Assembly (NCBI GenBank): GCA_945883815.1
Contig: CAMCYJ010000002.1
Location: forward strand, 11,684-75,683
DNA length: 64,000 bases
Source of the DNA: Akkermansia muciniphila
Lineage (GTDB): Bacteria > Verrucomicrobiota > Verrucomicrobiia > Limisphaerales > UBA9464
Direction of reading: 5' to 3'
Shown piece by piece: positions 57,387 through 64,000 of this stretch (positions are counted from its first letter, which is position 1; each line of letters opens with the position of its first letter). Under the pieces are notes generated by a model. The model was given only the letters and a program-made list of their open reading frames with translations, was not told the origin of the DNA and did no database searches. The translations under genes were made by a program, and so were the position numbers.

Positions 57387-57829
57387 CTCCTCCTTCATCG
57401 GCAACCCGCCTCGGTTCGTCGTCACTCCGTTGACGATTTGCAATCCAGTCCGCCATCTTCCTGGGCATGGGGAGGCTGGAACAGCGCCCTAGGGCTACCG
57501 CCAACCCTGTCAGGTTCTGAAACCCGAGGGATTTCCTGGCCAGATCGGATTTCCGAATCTCTCAACCGTTGAGTCACAAGCACCGGAATTATCCTGTTCA
57601 TTGCGAATCCCAAACCCGTCAGGCCCGTCATCCGCAGCCCTCATCAGCATCGAAACTCTCGCGAGGCATTCCTACGCAACCGAATCAATAACTCAGGCGA
57701 GTCTCGGTCCACCGCTATCGACTCACCGACAGCCTAAAACTCCTGCATCGGTCACTAAACCATCTCGGCAATCGCCTTGCACGATATACCCATTCAGTTT
57801 GAAACCGTAGAATGAGCTGTGGCGGGCAC

Positions 57830-57855
57830 AAAAAAGCCGCCCTTTGCGGGGCGGC
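57830..57855 (-). terminator. rho-independent terminator of the alpha operon (after rplQ)
   Basis: On the minus strand: GCCGCCC-cgcaaa-GGGCGGC followed by TTTTTTG, about 70 nt after the rplQ stop. Confidence 0.65.
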
Positions 57856-57926
57856 CCTGTTTAATGAGACCTCGGAATAAACTCTAAAATCTCCAACCCT
57901 TTCGAGCTGTATTAAGCCGTGGGGGC

Positions 57927-58460
57927 TTAGGCCGTAGGGGCGGGGGCAGCGGTCTCTGCCACTGCATTGAAATCGACCCACTCCAAGATAGCCAACTGAC
58001 CAGCGTCACCCTGACGCTGACCCAAGCGAAGTATCCTGGTGTAGCCCCCGTTGCGGCTCTTGAAAGCCGGAGCAATGGTGTCGCACAGGATGTGAACTAC
58101 GTCGTGATCCTGCTTCCAGGCCTCACGGAGTTCCTTACCCTTGGCAGACGGGGTGCCCTTGAAATGGCTGCGAGCCTGCTGACGCAGACGAGCGGCCACC
58201 AAACGGCGATTGTGGACATTGGCAGCAGTCGCCTTGGCCTTGCCCGCCGCATCGGAGGTGGAACTCGCGGTGGCGAGAGCCTCGTTGGCGAGTTTGCCCA
58301 AAGTCAAAAGTTTCTCGGCGACCGGACGGGCCGCCTTTGCCTTGGCCAAGGTGGTGGTGACGCGCTTGTGCTTGATGAGCGAACTCACCAAGTTGGCCAG
58401 CATGGCATTTCGGTGGTCGCCTTTGCGACCCAGTTTCTTGTTGCGCTTAAGGTGGCGCAT
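57927..58460 (-). CDS. rplQ: 50S ribosomal protein L17 (longer than the E. coli protein)
   Basis: MRHLKRNKKLGRKGDHRNAMLANLVSSLIKHKRVTTTLAKAKAARPVAEKLLTLGK ... GGYTRILRLGQRQGDAGQLAILEWV. 177 aa. Confidence 0.93.
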   Translation of the reverse strand: MRHLKRNKKLGRKGDHRNAMLANLVSSLIKHKRVTTTLAKAKAARPVAEKLLTLGKLANEALATASSTSDAAGKAKATAANVHNRRLVAARLRQQARSHFKGTPSAKGKELREAWKQDHDVVHILCDTIAPAFKSRNGGYTRILRLGQRQGDAGQLAILEWVDFNAVAETAAPAPTA

Positions 58461-58472
58461 AATTCAGTCAGG

Positions 58473-59483
58473 TTAAGGATTTTTGTTTTCCACCGGCATC
58501 TCCAATAGAGCCGGATCAATATTCATTCCGAGAGTCAGGTTCAAGCCAGTCAGCTTCTCCTTGATCTCGTTCAAAGACTTCTTGCCGAAGTTTCGATACT
58601 TGAGCATCTCTTGCTCGGACTTCATCGCCAACTGACCCACCGTGGTGATGTTGGCGTTGTTGAGGCAATTGGCTGCACGAACGCTCAGCTCGATCTCATT
58701 GACGCTCATGTTGAGCAGCTTCTTGAGCTTGGCCTTCTCGTCATCTTGCGGCTTTACCTCGATCTCGAACTCCACGGCATTCTTGTCGTAGCCGACGAAC
58801 ACATCCAGATGGTGCTGGAGGATTGCCGAAGCCTGCGTCAAAGCGTCATCCGGCGAAATCCGACCGTCGGTCCAGATCTCGATGATTAGCTTGTCGTAGT
58901 CGGTACGCTGACCAACGCGTGCTGCCTCTACGGCATAACGAACCCGAGTCACCGGAGAGAACAGCGAATCAATAGCGATAACGCCGATTGGCTGGTCCAG
59001 CTTCTTATTCTCGTCTCCGGGGCAAAAGCCACGTCCGACGCGAACCTCCAGCTCCATCTCCAGCTTCTTCTTGCGATCCAGCGTGCAGATGAGCTGATTC
59101 GGATTGACGATCTCGATGTTCTGGTTGAGCTCGATGTCCGCAGCGGTCACCGCTCCCTCACGATTCACCGAAAGCAGCAGCAACTGCGGCTCACGAGAAT
59201 GCGAAATAAACTTCACCTGCTTGAGGTTCAGCACGATGTCGGTGACATCCTCAACGGCGCCATCGACAGTGGTGAACTCATGCATCGCACCATCAATCTT
59301 TACAGAAGTGATGGCCGCCCCCTCTAGAGAGGACAACAAAACACGTCGGATCGAGTTGCCGATGGTGTGTCCGTAACCGGTCTCAAACGGCTCGGCAATG
59401 AATTTGGCGTAGACATCCGTGGCGGTTGTCTCCTCTTTGGACAACCGCTTCGGCATTTCGAAGCGTCCTAAGCGAACAGGCAT
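58473..59483 (-). CDS. rpoA: DNA-directed RNA polymerase subunit alpha
   Basis: Collinear with RpoA: FIAEPFETGYGHTIGNSIRRVLLSSLEGAAITSVKIDG ... and the C-terminal domain IELSVRAANCLNNANITTVGQL. Confidence 0.96.
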   Translation of the reverse strand: MPVRLGRFEMPKRLSKEETTATDVYAKFIAEPFETGYGHTIGNSIRRVLLSSLEGAAITSVKIDGAMHEFTTVDGAVEDVTDIVLNLKQVKFISHSREPQLLLLSVNREGAVTAADIELNQNIEIVNPNQLICTLDRKKKLEMELEVRVGRGFCPGDENKKLDQPIGVIAIDSLFSPVTRVRYAVEAARVGQRTDYDKLIIEIWTDGRISPDDALTQASAILQHHLDVFVGYDKNAVEFEIEVKPQDDEKAKLKKLLNMSVNEIELSVRAANCLNNANITTVGQLAMKSEQEMLKYRNFGKKSLNEIKEKLTGLNLTLGMNIDPALLEMPVENKNP

Positions 59484-59587
59484 ATTTTATAGGTGCAATT
59501 TTAATCTGAATCTCACTCCCGAAAACTCCCGCGAAGGAATGTGATCCCGTGTAATTGCTTTTTTGGTCGAATCGGCGACCGGTCCGT

Positions 59588-60196
59588 TTAGCGGGAGTAA
59601 AATTCGACGACCGCTTGCTCGTTGGCAATCGGGTTGATCTCCTCGCGGGTCGGTATCCGGAGGAGAGCGGCCGAAAGGGCTTCACGATCCAAGCGAACCC
59701 AATCAGGAACCACACGGCTGGTGGAACCCTCGACATTCTTCTGGACGATCGTCTTGGAGGTGGCGTGATCCTTGACCTGGATCAGGTCGTTCACCTTCAC
59801 AGCGTAACTGGGAATACTGACCTTGCGGCCATTCACTCGGACGTGTCCGTGACCCACCAACTGGCGGGCAGCCGGACGGGTCAACGCGAACCCGGCGTGA
59901 TAGACCAGATTGTCCAGACGAGTCTCAAGGATCTGCAACATCTTCTCGCCGGTCACACCGCGCATGCGGAGCGCCCGCTCATAGACATTACGAAATTGCT
60001 TCTCTTGGAGCCCGTAGAAGAAGCGAAGTTTCTGCTTCTCCATCAAACCGATAGCGTAGTCGCTGTACTTACGACGAGACTTCGGGCCATGGGCGCCAGG
60101 AGGATAAGGACGGCGCTCCAAATACTTGGAGGTGCCGAAAATCGGTGTTCCCAGCCGGCGGCTGATGCGAACGCGAGGACCAGTGTAACGAGCCAT
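59588..60196 (-). CDS. rpsD: 30S ribosomal protein S4
   Basis: MARYTGPRVRISRRLGTPIF...KYSDYAIGLMEKQKLRFFYG...RLDNLVYHAGFALTRPAARQLVGHGHVRVNGRKV. Confidence 0.96.
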   Translation of the reverse strand: MARYTGPRVRISRRLGTPIFGTSKYLERRPYPPGAHGPKSRRKYSDYAIGLMEKQKLRFFYGLQEKQFRNVYERALRMRGVTGEKMLQILETRLDNLVYHAGFALTRPAARQLVGHGHVRVNGRKVSIPSYAVKVNDLIQVKDHATSKTIVQKNVEGSTSRVVPDWVRLDREALSAALLRIPTREEINPIANEQAVVEFYSR

Positions 60197-60220
60197 TGTC
60201 GGAGATAGTTTAAATTTGAA

Positions 60221-60808
60221 TTACACGCGGCGCTTCTTGCGAGGACGGCACCCGTTGTGCGGAACCGGAGTCACGTCCTTGATGACGGTGATTTCCAGAC
60301 CGATGGCCTGCAGCGCCCGAATCGCAGACTCGCGACCGGAACCGGGACCACTGACACGGACCTCAACTTCACGCATTCCGTGGGACATTGCCTGACGGGC
60401 AGCGTCCTGAGCGGCCTGCTGTGCAGCGAAGGCGGTGCTCTTGCGAGACCCCTTGAAACCCACTCGTCCAGCGGTGCTCCAGCCGATGAGGTTTCCCTGC
60501 ATATCGGTGATGGTCACTTGGGTGTTGTTGAAGGTCGCCTTCACATGAGCCACGCCCAGTGTGATGTTCTTGGCACCCTTTGCTCGGATGATCTTCTTGG
60601 CATTAGGATCATCACCGAGCAAGTCGGCGGCTGTCGGTGCTGCGGCAGCTGCCAACGGAGCCGGAGCGGCCGCGGCTGCCGGAGCGACACCCTGTGCTTC
60701 AGCTGCTGCCTTCTTGGTCTTGGGAGCCGCTTTAGGAGCGGCCTGTTCGGCGGTAGCCTCACCGGCCTCGGCCTTGGGGGCCTTCTTCGCCTTTGTCTCT
60801 TCTGCCAT
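60221..60808 (-). CDS. rpsK: 30S ribosomal protein S11 with a ~65-aa Ala/Lys/Pro/Glu-rich N-terminal extension
   Basis: Core: [46 protein letters not shown]...[12 protein letters not shown]. The only ATG in frame is at 60808, 19 nt after the rpsM stop. It gives 195 aa against ~129 aa in E. coli. Confidence 0.9.
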   Translation of the reverse strand: MAEETKAKKAPKAEAGEATAEQAAPKAAPKTKKAAAEAQGVAPAAAAAPAPLAAAAAPTAADLLGDDPNAKKIIRAKGAKNITLGVAHVKATFNNTQVTITDMQGNLIGWSTAGRVGFKGSRKSTAFAAQQAAQDAARQAMSHGMREVEVRVSGPGSGRESAIRALQAIGLEITVIKDVTPVPHNGCRPRKKRRV

Positions 60809-60827
60809 AATCAGTTAAACGATGAAA

Positions 60828-61214
60828 TTAAGTCTTGGCGGTCGGGGTTCTCTGAACACCCACCGTCTTGCGGGGACCCTTGCGGGTTCGGGAATTGGTC
60901 TGTGTGCGCTGACCGCGGACGGGCAGGCTTCGGCTGTGGCGCTGACCGCGGTAGGACTTGATGGCCTGAAGTCGCTTCAGGTTCATGCCCAATTCACGAC
61001 GAAGATCACCCTCAGTCACATACTTGCCCTCTTGGATCGCATTCACGATCAAAGACAGCTGTCCCTCATTCAGGGACTTGGCGCGAAGAGACGGATCGAT
61101 GTTGGCCCGCTCCAAAATTTCGAGCGCATTGACCGGACCGATTCCGTAGATGTAGCGGAGTGCGATATCGATTCGCTTGTCCGCAGGAATATCAACTCCC
61201 AAGATTCGTGGCAT
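60828..61214 (-). CDS. rpsM: 30S ribosomal protein S13
   Basis: MPRILGVDIPADKRIDIALRYIYGIGPVNALEILERANI...SYRGQRHSRSLPVRGQRTQTNSRTRKG. Start at the ATG at 61214. Confidence 0.95.
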   Translation of the reverse strand: MPRILGVDIPADKRIDIALRYIYGIGPVNALEILERANIDPSLRAKSLNEGQLSLIVNAIQEGKYVTEGDLRRELGMNLKRLQAIKSYRGQRHSRSLPVRGQRTQTNSRTRKGPRKTVGVQRTPTAKT

Positions 61215-61230
61215 AAAACGTTTCCTATGA

Positions 61231-61344
61231 TCAGCCTTGCCGCTGCTTGTGGCGCGCATTGGAGCAGATCACACGGATCACGCCCTTGCGTTTGACCATT
61301 TTGCAGTTCTCGCAAAGTTTCTTAACTGAAGCTCTGACTTTCAT
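61231..61344 (-). CDS. rpmJ: 50S ribosomal protein L36
   Basis: Not in the ORF track because it is too short. The minus-strand translation is [37 protein letters not shown] (37 aa, C-x2-C...C-x4-H zinc ribbon). Confidence 0.9.
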   Translation of the reverse strand: MKVRASVKKLCENCKMVKRKGVIRVICSNARHKQRQG

Positions 61345-61363
61345 TTTCGAAATCTTAAACCCG

Positions 61364-62134
61364 TCAATACAAGTGACTCTCTTCGTCTCGTGTCAAAATT
61401 TCCGGCCCAGAATCGGTGATAAGCACCGTATGTTCGAAATGGGCAGAAACCTGCCGATCCCGTGTTACAACTGTCCAACCGTCATCCAATATCTCCACCG
61501 CCGATTTGCCCAAAGTCACCATAGGTTCGATGGCGATGGTCATCCCACTCCGAAGTCGAGTCACGGACTTCGGATCGACGTAATTGGGAACTTGTGGTTC
61601 CTCATGAACGTTCCGACCCACTCCGTGACCGCAGAACTCGCGGACCACCCCATAACCTGAACTGACTACACACCGCTCTACTGCTCGACCGATGTCGGAC
61701 ACCCGAGCGCCGGATTGCGCAGCGGAAATCCCTTCATACAAGGACTGGACAGTGGTATCCAGCAACTTCTGGAACTTCGGCGACCCACCACCGACTATCA
61801 GGGTCATCGCAACGTCGCCGATGAAACCCTGATGACGCACCCCAACATCAATCTTGAGCAAGTCTCCGAACTGCAACCGCCGTCCATCCCCGATGCCGTG
61901 GATCACTGCCTCATTCACTGAGAGGCAACACTGCCCTGGGAAACCTCGGTACCCCAAGAAAGCGCTGACTGAACCATGAGAGGCTATCAAGCGCCCGACT
62001 TCGCCATCGAGTTCCCGGGTCGTCAAACCCGGAGCCGCCATCATAGCCGCCCCACGAAGGACCTTGCTGGCGATGCGGCCCGCAGCCCTCATTGCCCGGA
62101 TCTCTTCGGCAGTCTTGATGATGGGTCTACCCAT
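61364..62134 (-). CDS. map: type I methionine aminopeptidase
   Basis: [17 protein letters not shown]..., metal ligands in the context DIGV...[31 protein letters not shown]. Confidence 0.95.
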   Translation of the reverse strand: MGRPIIKTAEEIRAMRAAGRIASKVLRGAAMMAAPGLTTRELDGEVGRLIASHGSVSAFLGYRGFPGQCCLSVNEAVIHGIGDGRRLQFGDLLKIDVGVRHQGFIGDVAMTLIVGGGSPKFQKLLDTTVQSLYEGISAAQSGARVSDIGRAVERCVVSSGYGVVREFCGHGVGRNVHEEPQVPNYVDPKSVTRLRSGMTIAIEPMVTLGKSAVEILDDGWTVVTRDRQVSAHFEHTVLITDSGPEILTRDEESHLY

Positions 62135-62231
62135 GAGTTCAGCGCTTTCGCTCTCTATTCAGGTGACCTACCACCCTCCCCTACCAATTCAAATTGATTC
62201 TGAAACCAAAAACTGACAAAGAACAAAAAAT

Positions 62232-63608
62232 TCAGGCCCTGCCGCGGACTTTACCCTTCTTCAGGAAGCCGTCATAGTGCCTCATCAAAAGGTAAGACTC
62301 CATTTGCCGCATGGTGTCCAATAGGACGCCGACCGTGATCAACAGAGAAGTGCCGCCGAAGAACTGGGCCACCAAAGGATCGATCTTGAGGTAGGCACTC
62401 ATCACCGTCGGAATGATTGCGATAACCACTAGGAACACCGCGCCAGCCAAGGTAATCCGGCTCATGGTGTTGTGGAGAAAGTCACTCGTTGCGGTGCCCG
62501 GCCGAACACCCGGAATGTACCCACCGTGCTTCTTGAGATCGTCGGCAACCTGCAGCTCGTTGAACTGGGTTGCGACCCAGAAATACGAGAAGAACAAAAT
62601 CATCAGACCGTAAAGGAACAAGTAGGTGAACCCCTGACGCCCCAGGTGGCTGGCGATGTAGATGGACACCTGTTTCCCGAAGCCGGCTGGTAGAATGGCG
62701 GCCAATTTTTCAAAGATCATCCCCGGAAACATCAATATGGCCTGAGCGAAAATCACCGGCATAACACCGGCGTAGTTGACTCGAAGGGGCATGAACGACG
62801 TGCCACCCGACATGATCTTTCGGCCGACGGCGCGTTGAGCATACTGAACAGGAATTTTGCGCTGTCCCTGAGTGATCAAAACTACCCCGGCCACTACGAC
62901 TGCCAAGACCAAGACCAGCAAAACCAACTGCAAAAACTTGGCGTTTTCCTGCTGAAACATCGCGACCAACGACTTCCCAGCAATCGGGAGACGAGACAAG
63001 ATACCAACGGTGATCAACAGAGAGACACCGTTGCCAATACCCCGCTCTGTGATCTGCTCGCCCAACCACATCAGGAAGAGCGTTCCACAGGTCAAAATCA
63101 TCACGGTCTGGATCCGGTACAGCCACAAGTTCTCGGCGGTCACCAAGGAACCAGAAAACCCTTGGAATGCCTTCTCCGGATTCTCCCATCCCAGAGCCAC
63201 GATCAAACCGTGACCCAAGCACAGAAGGACCGTCAGATATCGACCGTAAGCCACCAACTTGGCCCTGCCGCCCTCTTCACGTGCCAATTTGCCCAGCGGA
63301 GCAACCACTGCGGTCAGCAATTGGATGAAAATGGTAGCACTGATGTAGGGCATGATGCCCAGAGCACCGACGGCACACTGCTCGAGTGCGCCCCCCGTGA
63401 ACATGGCGTACAAGCCAAACACCCCTCCACCAGAAGCCTTGGCCGATTCAGCAAAGTACGCCGCCAACTTGGACCCATCCAAGCCAGGAACCGGTGTCAA
63501 AGCGATGACACGAGCCACCGCCAGAACCACAGCAGTGAAGATGATCCGGGAACGAAGTTCCGGAATCTTCAAGCAGTTCGCGAGGGTATTGAACAGTTGG
63601 CCAATCAT
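62232..63608 (-). CDS. secY: preprotein translocase subunit SecY
   Basis: 458 aa with 10 TM segments. Blocks: LRSRIIFTAVVLAVARV, ALGIMPYISATIFIQLL, GRKIMSGGTSFMPLRVNYAGVMPVIFA, GGYIPGVRPG. Confidence 0.96.
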   Translation of the reverse strand: MIGQLFNTLANCLKIPELRSRIIFTAVVLAVARVIALTPVPGLDGSKLAAYFAESAKASGGGVFGLYAMFTGGALEQCAVGALGIMPYISATIFIQLLTAVVAPLGKLAREEGGRAKLVAYGRYLTVLLCLGHGLIVALGWENPEKAFQGFSGSLVTAENLWLYRIQTVMILTCGTLFLMWLGEQITERGIGNGVSLLITVGILSRLPIAGKSLVAMFQQENAKFLQLVLLVLVLAVVVAGVVLITQGQRKIPVQYAQRAVGRKIMSGGTSFMPLRVNYAGVMPVIFAQAILMFPGMIFEKLAAILPAGFGKQVSIYIASHLGRQGFTYLFLYGLMILFFSYFWVATQFNELQVADDLKKHGGYIPGVRPGTATSDFLHNTMSRITLAGAVFLVVIAIIPTVMSAYLKIDPLVAQFFGGTSLLITVGVLLDTMRQMESYLLMRHYDGFLKKGKVRGRA

Positions 63609-63651
63609 TGACAGCGTTTGATTAAAATTTCACTGCGGTGATGCAGTGGCT

Positions 63652-64000
63652 TTAGGAGACAACCTCGGCTGTTCCACCCAGCTTCTCGATGGCAGCGCGG
63701 GCCGTCTCGCTGAAGGCGTTGGCGCGAACTGTCAACTTCTGAGTCAACTCGCCGCGGCCGAGAACCTTGACGCTATCGTAAGTACCGTTGGTCAAACCAG
63801 CCTGCTGCAAAGCGGCCAGGTCCACCACGGAACCCGCTTCAAAAACGTTCAAGTCCGAGAGGTTGACGGGCAGTACAACCACCTTGAAGCGTTTGTTGTT
63901 GAATCCACGCTTTGGGATGCGACGAATCAGCGGCATCTGTCCGCCTTCGAAACCAATGCGGATGGAGCTACCAGAACGCGCGCTCTGACCCTTGCCGCCA
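63652..64000 (-). CDS. rplO: 50S ribosomal protein L15 (partial; N-terminus beyond the window end)
   Basis: The frame is open to the window edge: ...GGKGQSARSGSSIRIGFEGGQMPLIRRIPKRGFNNKRFK...LGRGELTQKLTVRANAFSETARAAIEKLGGTAEVVS*. Confidence 0.9.
   Translation of the reverse strand, partial: GGKGQSARSGSSIRIGFEGGQMPLIRRIPKRGFNNKRFKVVVLPVNLSDLNVFEAGSVVDLAALQQAGLTNGTYDSVKVLGRGELTQKLTVRANAFSETARAAIEKLGGTAEVVS

Noticed and set aside
57500-57650. SRP (4.5S) RNA-like GTCAGG segments; RNase P and tmRNA were also considered for the 57.4-57.9 kb gap
   Set aside because: The conserved SRP domain-IV signature (GGAA tetraloop and AGCA symmetric-loop context) is absent. So are the RNase P CR-I GAGGAAAGUCC motif and a tmRNA tRNA-like end. 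The resemblance is limited to 6-7 nt.

Overview
This is a 64-kb, high-GC (roughly 60%) bacterial chromosomal window. I read it as a PVC-superphylum organism, most likely Verrucomicrobiota. That placement is an inference from gene content: PSD1/DUF1553 + DUF1501 pairs, planctomycete-type cytochrome-c motifs, a prepilin-like N-methylation protein, FG-GAP/ASPIC-UnbV giants and DUF1080. About 45 protein genes, 2 tRNAs and several intrinsic terminators can be supported. Housekeeping content: prfB (no programmed frameshift), gmd, dnaA, lpxK, gnd, sodA, and the distal spc/alpha ribosomal operon (rplO'-secY-map-rpmJ-rpsM-rpsK-rpsD-rpoA-rplQ). Accessory content: a TetR-coupled DevCAB-like ABC exporter; two PSD1+DUF1501 operons, one with WD40 repeats and a third PPC-domain gene; three ~1,200-aa double-module FG-GAP/UnbV (CRTAC1-like) paralogues, one translationally coupled to an FGE-like lipoprotein; a 1,114-aa surface protein with three near-identical CBM9-like modules; a 6-TM K+ channel with an unusually long turret; and a Lys/Ala/Pro histone-H1-like repeat protein beside dnaA. 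The structure least explained by genes is a 550-bp divergent intergenic region (12.6-13.15 kb). It holds two inverted copies of a ~96-nt three-hairpin element with compensatory substitutions, interleaved with six same-strand copies of a GAGCCTGTCCCYATCTC motif. One gene (GHL10/DUF187 family) is split by a 1-nt frameshift. I saw no CRISPR array, no recognisable transposase or phage gene, and no known defence system. Many very long ORFs in the track are antisense artefacts of the high GC content. All family assignments come from motif recognition by eye, not from database searches.
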